A stretch of 64,000 bases of DNA from Patescibacteria group bacterium (GCA_041645215.1 JBAZQK010000005.1:23562-87561); one strand, 5' to 3'. Positions 50,640-60,107 are shown, counted from the stretch's first letter. The notes: generated by a model from the sequence alone, not told the origin. Program-made: numbers and translations.

Positions 50640-50970
50640 GTAAGAAATCTAAAAATCAGTGACCAGGAATAGTAGGCTATTTAAGTCTAGCCGAGAGAGG
50701 GGAGAATAGTGTGAACTCCCTCTAGACCAATAGTTCGAATGGCCCTGCGAGATGTAAGCCGAAATTGGCTGACTTTAGCCAAAAGTAGTCTTTACCGGGA
50801 TTTACCCGCCGTAACCATGGGTTAGAACGTGTTGCCCCAAGCAAAGCGTTCTGAAAGCGTTCTCCGCCTCGGCGGAGAGAATAAAGGTGGTACCGCGAAG
50901 GTTGATATGACCTCCGTCCTTTAAACAGCATAGCTTGACTATGTTGTTTGAGGGATGGGGGTTTTTTGTT
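50640..50970 (+). promoter_or_regulatory. Candidate T-box riboswitch leader (tRNA-sensing antitermination element)
   Basis: T-box signature AAAGGTGGTACCGCG at 50882-50896; terminator-like hairpin aaacagcatag..ctatgttgttt plus T-run at 50920-50966; Stem I-like distal region with CTAG..GAGAGA..AGTGTGA..CTAG at 50686-50724; TTGACA at 50593; GC hairpin 50553-50577 upstream. Confidence 0.5.
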
Positions 50971-51037
50971 TAGCTCTTTAACAACTATATAGAATGTAAA
51001 AACAAATTATAAAAATAAAATAATAAGAGGTGTAGTT

Positions 51038-53593
51038 ATGCAAGCAAAAACATTTGAAGTATTAACTGTGTCTTTAGACCAATGTTTAATTGAGGGCCCT
51101 AGTCGTGTTGGCATTAAGGCTTGGCGTCTAGCGCAGTTAGACAGTTATGGTTATAAGGTTCCACCAGCCTTGATTATCCCGGCTGATGAGGTTGTTCGTA
51201 TTTGGAAAGATGGGCAGCTTATAATATCTGACGAAATCGTAAGTGATTTGTGGCATTACAGTTGTAAAAGATTAGAGGCAGGTAGTTTAATTGTTCGTAG
51301 TAGTGGACAAGAGGACGGTGAAAAATTATCTTTCGCTGGGCAGTTTAAATCTATAACTGATGTAAATTCAGTGGAGGAATTTAAGGAAGCTCTGCGTAGT
51401 TGTATAGCTTCTTCAGAGTCTGGTTCAATACAGAATTATAGTAAGGTTATGAATGGCAAAAATTACAGCGAGGGATATTCAGTAATGATAATGCCCCAAA
51501 GAGATTGTGTTTTTTCAGGGATTTTATTTTCGGAGGTGCATGTCAATGGCAACGAATCTGATCTTATCGTTTTGCAAGTTACACATGGTAATAACTTTGG
51601 TTTAACTTCAGGTTCAGAGTCTGGAGATATTCTGTATATTGACAAGTTAGATGGTTCAATAATATGCAGTATACCGCAAAAAAGAAAAGTTGCCGGATTT
51701 GATTCCGTAACCGTTGAGAGACTGTATAATATGGCGTTGGCTCTTGAAACTAAGTTTGGTTTTTCAGTTGATTTAGAGTGGGGGGTAATGCTTGATGGAA
51801 CCATTGAACTTTTTCAAGTGCGGCCAATTACTACCCTTAATAGCCCAGATTCATCCAATGTTCGTTTAAGGAGCATAATACAGACAGATTCCTTAATGAA
51901 AGCATCTTTGCTTAGTTTAAAAGACAGGCATATATCATTGGATGTTAATTACTGGAGTGACCAGAATATCGCTGAATTGATTACAGACCAACCTTCACGT
52001 ATGGCATTTGGTATATTTACTTACATATTTGCTCACGGTGACGGTGCAATTAAAATTGGCCGTAATCAAATGGGGTATGATATAGGCGATGAATTGACAG
52101 ACGGTTTTTTTGAGCTTATAGGTGGCCGACCGCGTTGTAGTATCATACACGACGCTCTAACCTATAGGGTGAAAGGAATACCACTGGACGATTATGTTAG
52201 TGGATTTATATCTCGTTATTTAGATAAAATTAAAAATAACGTACAATACGCTAACTATCCAGAGGTGGTGTTATATGAACAAAATCCAGCGCAAGATTCG
52301 CTTATTGAAATGTTTGGTAGTGAAAAGGGAGAGCAGTATGCTAAATATTACCAAAATTTTTTCGATAGAGTTAATCAGCTTGAGAAAACAGTGGTAGAGG
52401 AATTTAAATTATCTTTTGAACCAAGTTTTATTAAGTATATTGAAGGTAAAAGAGATGATATCGCCGGATTAGACTCTTCAGATTTGGGAGAGCTAGTGAA
52501 CTATGCGCAATCAATACTGGATCATTTGAGAACAGTAAGTTGTGTAATGTTTGTAAAGATAGCAAGGCTAGGATTCTTTGCTTATGCCCGTTTACGGGAG
52601 CTACTCAATGGCGAATTTGGGGAAAACAAAGGCAGACATCTTCTCGATCAAATGACCGCCGGACTGGAAGACGACTCATCAATGTTATTTAACGTTAGAC
52701 TTGCCCAGTTAAGAGATGAAATTGTCGACATCGAGTCGGTACTGTTAGAATTCGGACATTTGGGACCAAACGAATTGGAGATAGCCAATCCTAGATATCA
52801 TAATCAAGTTGATATACTTAAGAAATTATCTCAAAGGATTCAAGGAAATCCAGCTAACGAATTACATAATCGTGCGGTCGAGGCCGATAAGGTAACTAAT
52901 GAGGTCGCAAGCTCGTTGGATGAGTCTTTGGCCGCTAAACTGCGCAAGGATGTTAAAATTGCTAGACGTTATCTTGCTCTTCGCGAACGTGCTAAATATT
53001 ACTTTCTCATGGAATATGATTGTTTGCGTCAGGCATTGGAAAAAATTTCTTCAGAACTAAAATTGGAGCATAGGTTAATATTCGAACTGGATCCGCGTGA
53101 GTTGTCTCTCTTGGTTAGTGATATTCCCCTGGCATTATTGCTGATGAGAAAGCGCTACCAAGAAAGGGATATCCTGGCTAATATTCATATACCTCCAGTG
53201 ATAACACTTAATAACTTGGGAGACATCGGCCAAGATTCTTATGATCCTACTGAGAAAATCATGATGGGTATAGGTATTACGCCAATAGTAACGACCGGTG
53301 AAGCCATAGTTGTTTTAGATCCTAACGATACGGAAGGCCTATCAAGATTAAAGCCAGGTATGGTGCTTGTTGCCAAGACTACCGACCCTACTTGGGCACC
53401 GATTATTGCTGCTGTAGGCGGTAATGGTGCTTTGGTGACTGAAATAGGCGGACCGTTGGCTCATGGGGCAATAGTGGCACGTGATCTCGGTATAGCTTGT
53501 GTACAAAATGTTCCCATGGTAACCAAAAGAATACAAAATGGAAATATTGTTAAAGTTGATGGTAAAAATGGAATAGTTACAGTTTTATCTTAA
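51038..53593 (+). CDS. PEP-utilising dikinase-like enzyme with rifampin-phosphotransferase-like domain order (N-terminal ATP-grasp/PPDK_N, C-terminal swivel phosphohistidine domain)
   Basis: N-terminal RVGIKAWRLAQL (PPDK_N VGGK-like); C-terminal PEP-utilising mobile domain GEAIVVLDPNDTEGL...GGPLAHGAIVARDLGIACV; no TIM-barrel PEP-binding domain. Confidence 0.7.
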   Translation: MQAKTFEVLTVSLDQCLIEGPSRVGIKAWRLAQLDSYGYKVPPALIIPADEVVRIWKDGQLIISDEIVSDLWHYSCKRLEAGSLIVRSSGQEDGEKLSFAGQFKSITDVNSVEEFKEALRSCIASSESGSIQNYSKVMNGKNYSEGYSVMIMPQRDCVFSGILFSEVHVNGNESDLIVLQVTHGNNFGLTSGSESGDILYIDKLDGSIICSIPQKRKVAGFDSVTVERLYNMALALETKFGFSVDLEWGVMLDGTIELFQVRPITTLNSPDSSNVRLRSIIQTDSLMKASLLSLKDRHISLDVNYWSDQNIAELITDQPSRMAFGIFTYIFAHGDGAIKIGRNQMGYDIGDELTDGFFELIGGRPRCSIIHDALTYRVKGIPLDDYVSGFISRYLDKIKNNVQYANYPEVVLYEQNPAQDSLIEMFGSEKGEQYAKYYQNFFDRVNQLEKTVVEEFKLSFEPSFIKYIEGKRDDIAGLDSSDLGELVNYAQSILDHLRTVSCVMFVKIARLGFFAYARLRELLNGEFGENKGRHLLDQMTAGLEDDSSMLFNVRLAQLRDEIVDIESVLLEFGHLGPNELEIANPRYHNQVDILKKLSQRIQGNPANELHNRAVEADKVTNEVASSLDESLAAKLRKDVKIARRYLALRERAKYYFLMEYDCLRQALEKISSELKLEHRLIFELDPRELSLLVSDIPLALLLMRKRYQERDILANIHIPPVITLNNLGDIGQDSYDPTEKIMMGIGITPIVTTGEAIVVLDPNDTEGLSRLKPGMVLVAKTTDPTWAPIIAAVGGNGALVTEIGGPLAHGAIVARDLGIACVQNVPMVTKRIQNGNIVKVDGKNGIVTVLS

Positions 53594-53687
53594 AAACTAA
53601 AATAATCTTGTAAAGGGAGTCTATTTATGGACTCCCTATTTTTATTTTCAATTATTTGTTAATATTACTTTATAATTAAAGTAGTTT

Positions 53688-54380
53688 ATGGATTCCAATA
53701 GCATACAATTTTTCTTTATTCGTCATGGTCAATTGGTTGAACCTTACTTGAATCATTTAGTTATGGATTATTCTACTTTAAGTGATTTAGCTACGAGCGC
53801 ACTTGACCCTGGTATTAATAAGAACGCCATTGATTTATTTAATAGACAAACGAGCGGGCTTGATTTTTCGGCTGTTTCACGAATCTATTATAATAATTCC
53901 GGTTTTCAATCACGCCGTTCATTGGAATCGGCTAAAATTATGGCCGAAGTTTTTTTAAGGCGCTATAAAAAAGAAATAACTCCGGTTGGTTTGTCGGAAC
54001 TTAAAGAGGTTCGTTTTGATGTTCGGCAGCTAGTGAGTAAAGATGATTTTAAAATCAATGGTATGCCAGCCATTAGGACAGCTTTGTATAGTTCTTTTGT
54101 TAACGGCGGTAGCGCCGAGTCAATAGTTGAGCTAGAAAAGCGAATTGGCGTTATTAACAGCGTCGCGGCCAGGCGTGCTCTTAAAAGAGAAAGCGTATTG
54201 TTTGTTACTCATGATTTTTTTATGCGGGTGTTGGAGGTTTATATAAATCGTGCCGATAGGTTGCAAGGAGTAACGATAAATGATTTTGAGAAAACCTCGC
54301 TTAATTCGTATTTTTCTGGTTTTTTAACCACTACTGAATTTAATAGTCTTACGCGCTGGGGTTCAGATATATTTAAATAA
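53688..54380 (+). CDS. Histidine phosphatase superfamily (PGAM-like) protein
   Basis: N-terminal FIRHGQ (RHG catalytic motif) and distal VTHDFFMRV. Confidence 0.55.
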   Translation: MDSNSIQFFFIRHGQLVEPYLNHLVMDYSTLSDLATSALDPGINKNAIDLFNRQTSGLDFSAVSRIYYNNSGFQSRRSLESAKIMAEVFLRRYKKEITPVGLSELKEVRFDVRQLVSKDDFKINGMPAIRTALYSSFVNGGSAESIVELEKRIGVINSVAARRALKRESVLFVTHDFFMRVLEVYINRADRLQGVTINDFEKTSLNSYFSGFLTTTEFNSLTRWGSDIFK

Positions 54381-54431
54381 ACAATATAAACCTGAAAAAT
54401 ACCAAGGCGGTATTTTTAACAGCGGAGCTAT

Positions 54432-54848
54432 ATGAGCACAAAATGTAAATATCAAATTACCGTTGGGGGCGTACTGTTAAAACAGAATAAGGTTTTATTG
54501 CTACAGCGGGCAGCCAGCGAAAGAGTGTTGCCAAATTTGTGGGAACTGCCGTCGGGCAAAAAAGAAACGACAGAAACTATATGGCAAGCATTGGTTAGAG
54601 AGTTTAAGGAAGAAACCGGCTTAAAGGTAAAAATAGTTAAACCGATTTCAGTTTTTGATTATCGGCTTATTAAAGATAGGCAAAAGGTTTATACTACGCA
54701 AATTAATTTTTTAGTTAAATACACTGGCCGTAGGTTAGAAATAAAACTAAGTCCGGAACACAGGGCTTATAAATGGGTAGGTAGGAAGGATTTGAAGAAA
54801 CTAAAAGTTTCCAGGGAAATAAGTAGGGTTGTAAATTCCGTTTTGTGA
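54432..54848 (+). CDS. Nudix hydrolase
   Basis: Nudix box SGKKETTETIWQALVREFKEETGL. Confidence 0.75.
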   Translation: MSTKCKYQITVGGVLLKQNKVLLLQRAASERVLPNLWELPSGKKETTETIWQALVREFKEETGLKVKIVKPISVFDYRLIKDRQKVYTTQINFLVKYTGRRLEIKLSPEHRAYKWVGRKDLKKLKVSREISRVVNSVL

Positions 54849-54939
54849 AAATTCTCCCCAATGTTTAGCCGGGGGAGTTTTTAGTTTAGCTTAACCAGCG
54901 CTATTTGATAAATTATGGTAAGCCATTTATAGTGTTAAT

Positions 54940-56019
54940 ATGAAAGGCGCTATAGTAATTAAGATCGGCAGCAACTCATTGCTCGACACGCAAGGTAATA
55001 TCGACCACGCGTTCCTCCGGAGGGTTGTGAGTGTGCTTAAGGAAATACAAAGTCGAGGGAAGTTTTCTTTATTGGTGTTGTCTGGAGCGGTATTAACCGG
55101 CAAGTCTGACACATCAGCGTTAGCCTCATATGCGGCCCGGGCCGCCCGTGGACAACTAATTATCACAGCCTTAATGCATCAACTTGGTGAATCAGCGGGT
55201 GTGAAATTTAGTCAGTTTCTTATTTCACGGCAAGATATTGTTGACCGCGGTCGCTACAATACTTTGCAAAAGACTTTTCAGGAAAGTCTTAATGCCGGCA
55301 TTATTCCGCTTATAAACGAAAACGATGCTACGGCGGCGGCCCAGACTCATGATTTTATAGATAATGATCAAGTGGCCACTATTGTTAGCATGGTAGTTGG
55401 TGCAGAGAGTTTATTTTTATTTACTAATGTGGCTGGCGTTTTTCGCGCCGCGCCAGACGATGAAATAAAAGAGGAGCAGGCTCCTATAGCTTGTATTACA
55501 GATGTGAATAAAGAATTGATGAGTATGTATATAGGCAAAAAAAGTCTAGTTGGCCGTGGCGGTATGGAATCAAAACTGAGCGCCGCTCGTTTGGCTAGTT
55601 TTGTCGGTATTACCACTTATATTCTGGATGGGAGAATAATTGAACATGCGCTTGAGATAGTTGATGGTAAACAGTGTCGTGGCACTGTTTGTTTACCATG
55701 GCCACAACCGATTTCACTGACTGATCGTAGCCGACGGTTGATTGTTTCACACACATCAAGCGCGAGTATTAAGGTTGATGTCGGTGCGGTGGCGGCTCTT
55801 CATCAGCGGAAAAGTCTATTGGCTGTTGGTGTAACACGTGTCTATGGTACTTTTGATGTTCAAGACTCGGTTGAAATAATTGATTACAACAATCACCCAA
55901 TCGCACTCGGTGTATCGTCTTTGTCCAGCGTTGAACTTAGTAAAATAATTACGGCTAAGGACCGTCCGTTTAATGTTGAGGTAATACATGCTGATAATTT
56001 AATCTTGTTTCCTTTATGA
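54940..56019 (+). CDS. proB: Glutamate 5-kinase with C-terminal PUA domain
   Basis: AAK-family N-terminus IVIKIGSNSLL; PUA-like C-terminus; overlaps proC start by 4 nt. Confidence 0.85.
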   Translation: MKGAIVIKIGSNSLLDTQGNIDHAFLRRVVSVLKEIQSRGKFSLLVLSGAVLTGKSDTSALASYAARAARGQLIITALMHQLGESAGVKFSQFLISRQDIVDRGRYNTLQKTFQESLNAGIIPLINENDATAAAQTHDFIDNDQVATIVSMVVGAESLFLFTNVAGVFRAAPDDEIKEEQAPIACITDVNKELMSMYIGKKSLVGRGGMESKLSAARLASFVGITTYILDGRIIEHALEIVDGKQCRGTVCLPWPQPISLTDRSRRLIVSHTSSASIKVDVGAVAALHQRKSLLAVGVTRVYGTFDVQDSVEIIDYNNHPIALGVSSLSSVELSKIITAKDRPFNVEVIHADNLILFPL

Positions 56020-56852
56020 AAAAAAATAATATCGTAGTTATTGGCGGGGGCAATATGGGCCAGGCCTTTATCCGGTGTTTATTACGGCTGCCTGGGGTTT
56101 TGCCCCGCGATATTACGGTGGTGGAACGCAATTCAACCAAGCGCCAAAAATTGGCTGCACGTTTTTTAATAAAATCTGCGCCGGATTTATCATCACGGCT
56201 GCTTAACCAGGCTACGGTGGTTTTAGTGGCAGTTAAACCGCAGGATTTTCCCGGCGTGGCCGTATTAATGCGCGGCCAGCTTCCCCAAACCGGTTTACTG
56301 ATATCAATTATGGCCGGGGTTAGATTGGCCACCGTGCAAACGGCGGTTGATTTTACACGGGTGATTAGAGTAATGCCGAATTTGCCAATGATTTTAGGCC
56401 AAGGTTTTTCGGCTTGGTGCGCGAGCCGCCGGGTAACTAGGGAACAAAAAACTTTTATACGCGCGCTGTTGTCGGCTGGTGGCCAGGAAACTGAAATTCG
56501 TGATGAAAGCCTGTTTGACGCCATTACGGCGGTCAGCGGTTCCGGACCGGCTTATATTTTTTCTATGGTGGACAATTTGATGGCCGCGGCGGTTCGTTTA
56601 GGTATAAAAACAGACGTGGCTAAGAAAATGGTAATGCAAACTATCAAGGGTAGTGTGGCTCTGCTGGAGCAATCAGCTGATTCACCGTCTGCCTGGCGCC
56701 GACGCGTAACTTCTAAAGGTGGAACAACCGCGGGCGCCTTTCGTATTTTAGACAAAGCTCATCTTGATAAGCTGTGGTTTAGGGCCTTAACAGCCGCGGT
56801 CCAGCGTTCATATTCACTGTCGGTTTTAATTGACAGACAGTTGCGAAAATAA
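56016..56852 (+). CDS. proC: Pyrroline-5-carboxylate reductase
   Basis: NADP-binding IVVIGGGNMGQAF; catalytic VTSKGGTTAGAF (SPGGTT-like). Confidence 0.85.
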   Translation: MKKNNIVVIGGGNMGQAFIRCLLRLPGVLPRDITVVERNSTKRQKLAARFLIKSAPDLSSRLLNQATVVLVAVKPQDFPGVAVLMRGQLPQTGLLISIMAGVRLATVQTAVDFTRVIRVMPNLPMILGQGFSAWCASRRVTREQKTFIRALLSAGGQETEIRDESLFDAITAVSGSGPAYIFSMVDNLMAAAVRLGIKTDVAKKMVMQTIKGSVALLEQSADSPSAWRRRVTSKGGTTAGAFRILDKAHLDKLWFRALTAAVQRSYSLSVLIDRQLRK

Positions 56853-56871
56853 TAAGGCAATTCGAAATTTT

Positions 56872-58131
56872 ATGACCAATTTTAATACTACTTTGCCAAG
56901 AGTTAAGCTGGCCGCCGGCGCAGTACAGCAGTTAAGTGGCCAAACCAAGAATGCCGTACTGCGGGATTTACGCCGCGGGCTGATAGCTTCAACTAAGGAA
57001 ATTCTACTGGCCAATGACAAAGATTTTTTGCGTTTGCCGGCCGCTTATCCTCATGCTGATAGGTTAAAATTAACGCCAACGCGTATTTTAGGAATGGCGA
57101 AAAGTTTGCAGGCAGTGGAACGCCTGGCTGACCCAACCAACCGTTTGCTTGACCGTCGCGTGCTAAAAAACGGATTAACGATTGAGCGGCGTACGGTTCC
57201 GCTGGGCGTGATTGGCATTATTTATGAAGCCCGGCCCAATGTGACGGTGGAAGTGTTTAGTTTAGCTTTTAAAGCCGGTAACGCCTTGCTGCTTAAAGGC
57301 GGCCGCGATGCTTACGAAACCAATAAAGTTTTGGTTGATTTGATTCACCGGGTTTTGCGTAAGCACAAAATTTCGCCCGACGCCGTAACCTTGATTAATG
57401 CTTTTAAACCCGCGGACACTGAACGCCTATTAAAGGCCAACCAATATATTGACGTTATAATTCCGCGCGGCAGCAATCGGTTAATTAATTATGTTCGCAG
57501 TCACTCTACGATACCGGTAATTGAAACCGGCGCCGGGGTGTGCCATATGTATGTGGAGCGGTCAGCCAATTTAACCTGGGCCGTCCGCCTAGTGTTTAAC
57601 GCTAAAACCAGGCGGGTTAGTGTGTGTAATGCTTTAGACACACTACTGGTTGATACTAGTATTGCGCCACGTCTTTTTAAAAAATTGGCGCCCGAGCTGG
57701 CTAAGGCGGGGGTGGTAATTTACGCTGACAAAAAAGGCTACCAAATTCTTAAAACCGGTTACCCGAATAACTTATTGCACCAGGCTAGACCAGCGCATTT
57801 TGGTAAAGAATTTCTCAGTTTAGCGATGAGTGTGAAAACGGTGCCTGATTGGCGCGCCGCCTTTCAGCATATTAGTCGCTATACCTCCAAACATTCCGAA
57901 GGTATAATTACCACTAATCAAAAATTAGCAGCTAAGTTTCAGCAAACTATTGATGCGGCGGCGGTCTATGTTAACACCTCAATTGGTTTTACCGACGGCT
58001 ATGAGTTTGGCTTGGGTGGCGAGATTGGCATCAGCACGCAAAAGTTGCAGGCCCGCGGCCCCCTGGGACTTTCAGAATTGGTTACTTACAAATGGTTGGT
58101 TACCAGCCGCGGCGTCACTCGGCCCGGATAG
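56872..58131 (+). CDS. proA: Gamma-glutamyl phosphate reductase
   Basis: ARPNVTVEVFSLAFKAGNALLLKGG and VSVCNALDTLLV (catalytic Cys region); start taken at MTNFNT (the ORF-track start 56830 is in the same frame); terminator hairpin 58168-58205. Confidence 0.85.
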   Translation: MTNFNTTLPRVKLAAGAVQQLSGQTKNAVLRDLRRGLIASTKEILLANDKDFLRLPAAYPHADRLKLTPTRILGMAKSLQAVERLADPTNRLLDRRVLKNGLTIERRTVPLGVIGIIYEARPNVTVEVFSLAFKAGNALLLKGGRDAYETNKVLVDLIHRVLRKHKISPDAVTLINAFKPADTERLLKANQYIDVIIPRGSNRLINYVRSHSTIPVIETGAGVCHMYVERSANLTWAVRLVFNAKTRRVSVCNALDTLLVDTSIAPRLFKKLAPELAKAGVVIYADKKGYQILKTGYPNNLLHQARPAHFGKEFLSLAMSVKTVPDWRAAFQHISRYTSKHSEGIITTNQKLAAKFQQTIDAAAVYVNTSIGFTDGYEFGLGGEIGISTQKLQARGPLGLSELVTYKWLVTSRGVTRPG

Positions 58132-58622
58132 TTTAATCGGTTTTTCACAGTTTGATAATCAAAAATCATTCCGCCTGACGGCGGAATGATTTTTGAATGC
58201 CAAGTTACTTAATCTTCTTAACCATCGTTTTTAAACAACTGGTGCACACTTTTAAACGTTTGCCATTAATCACTTTGCTTTGCAAATTAATATGCTGACG
58301 CCTAAGTGTCGGAATGTTGGAGTGACTGCGCGAAATCGCTTTCAGATATCCGCGGGCGCACATAGCACAGGTTCGGGCCATAAATTATTTTCCTTCGCCC
58401 TGATGTCTCTGGACGTTAGTTAAGGAATAAAAATTAAAATAACTTTTCGTAAGTTTATTTAGTAACCAATTGTTGGCTACGGCAGAATTTCACCTAGACA
58501 CCGCAATTATAAAACTGTGGAGTTCATTTGAACAGTTAGCTGAATTATTATAGTATAACTTGTAGGCCTAATAAGGCCACAAGCTTTGCCCAGTATAACA
58601 TAATCTATATCAGCGTCAAGCT

Positions 58623-59261
58623 ATGGACATACAATTGTTATTCTTCCTGATAATAATCATTCCCTCGGCCATCATGCATGAGTACGCTCATGCCTGGGCG
58701 GCCGACCGTTTGGGCGACCCCACGCCGCGTCTGGCCGGGCGGCTTACGATTAATCCGGTGCCGCATATGGATATGTGGGGAACGCTGATTTTGCCGTTTT
58801 CCTTATTTTTGTTAACCAGCGGCCAATTTTTGTTTGCTTATGCCAGGCCCGTGCCGTTTAACCCGCTGGCCTTGCGTTGGCAAAGATGGGGTTCGGCGGC
58901 AGTTGGTGTGGCCGGTCCGGGCATTAATTTAATCGTCGCTTTTATATTGGGGCAGTTAATCCGTTTTTTACCGCTTAATACCTTTAGTGATTTGTTGTCA
59001 GTTATAGTTTATGCCAACATTTTACTGGCCGTGTTTAACTTAATACCGATTCCGCCGCTGGACGGGTCTAAGTTGTTGTACGCGCTGTTGCCTGATCGTT
59101 GGTATGCCGCTAAAGTTTGGCTGGACCGTTACGGCATATTTTTACTGGTGATATTCATTTTATTCCTGTTTGATTGGGTGCGGCCGGTTATATTATTCCT
59201 ATTCAATTTGGCTACTGGTCCGGTTGGATTCATTAGTTTGTTCAATTTTTTTGGTTCTTGA
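58623..59261 (+). CDS. Small M50 (site-2-protease-like) membrane zinc metalloprotease
   Basis: HEYAHAW HExxH motif in the first TM helix plus a distal LDGS motif; polytopic. Confidence 0.6.
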   Translation: MDIQLLFFLIIIIPSAIMHEYAHAWAADRLGDPTPRLAGRLTINPVPHMDMWGTLILPFSLFLLTSGQFLFAYARPVPFNPLALRWQRWGSAAVGVAGPGINLIVAFILGQLIRFLPLNTFSDLLSVIVYANILLAVFNLIPIPPLDGSKLLYALLPDRWYAAKVWLDRYGIFLLVIFILFLFDWVRPVILFLFNLATGPVGFISLFNFFGS

Positions 59262-59286
59262 CAAGCCGTCGCGGTACTGTTATGAT
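59258..59286 (+). promoter_or_regulatory. Sigma70-like promoter TTGACA-17-TATGAT for the str operon, followed by an about 390-nt leader
   Basis: cTTGACAagccgtcgcggtactgtTATGATgg; leader 59296-59682 is GC-rich with several hairpins. Confidence 0.5.
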
Positions 59287-59682
59287 GGCTTATGAGTTGT
59301 AAGGTTACTAACTCATTTTTTTATCCGCCTTGGCTAATAAATACAGTCCAACAGACTGCTAATTAATTCGAAAAGGCTGGTTAAGGCTTCAGCGGGTTTC
59401 ACTGAAGGTCGAGCTTTTATTAAATTACCGCCGTATTTATCCTTTTTCGTCCCGATGTGGGCGGTACTTCGGTGGCTTCCGAGTTTCATACTTGTAGAAC
59501 TTACGCGCTTGCCGTTTTAGGGGCGGGCGCAGCCCGACCCCTCAAGCGGCTTTGGCCAATTTCTTTGTTAAAACCTTTGCTTTTCGCTCACCGTAGTTTT
59601 ACTACGGCTTGCTCAAATGCTCGGTTTTGCCTCGAACTTGGCCCAAACGCGTAAGTCCTAACTTGGCAAAAGTTAAGCAGTT

Positions 59683-60099
59683 ATGCCGACAATTAACCAA
59701 TTGATGCGCCAAGGGCGCAAGAGTTCAGTTCGCAAATCCAAGACTCCGGCGTTGGAGCCGGTTTTTAATACGCTTAAACGTAGTCGCACTATGTTGCCTA
59801 AAAGTAGCCCGTTTAAGCGAGGCGTTTGTATTAAAGTAACGACTACCACACCCAAAAAACCAAACTCGGCTTTGCGAAAAATTGCCCGTGTCCGATTATC
59901 TAATGGTATGGAAGTTACGGCTTATATCCCGGGTATCGGGCATAATTTGCAGGAACACTCCATTGTCATGATTCGCGGCGGACGGGTTAAAGATTTGCCG
60001 GGCGTGCGGTATCATATTGTGCGCGGTGTTTACGATACCTCTGGCGCGGACAAGCGCAAACAAGGCCGTTCTAAATATGGTGTTAAGAAAGGTAAGTAA
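59683..60099 (+). CDS. rpsL: 30S ribosomal protein S12 (with an about 14-aa insertion relative to the E. coli protein)
   Basis: PTINQL...[10 protein letters not shown]...[13 protein letters not shown] conserved; extra segment [20 protein letters not shown] after ALE. Confidence 0.95.
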   Translation: MPTINQLMRQGRKSSVRKSKTPALEPVFNTLKRSRTMLPKSSPFKRGVCIKVTTTTPKKPNSALRKIARVRLSNGMEVTAYIPGIGHNLQEHSIVMIRGGRVKDLPGVRYHIVRGVYDTSGADKRKQGRSKYGVKKGK

Positions 60100-60107
60100 T
60101 TTTTAAT

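Noticed and set aside
59457-59654. 65-aa ORF inside the rpsL leader
   Set aside because: No RBS, odd composition, and it lies within a structured leader directly downstream of the promoter; probably non-coding.
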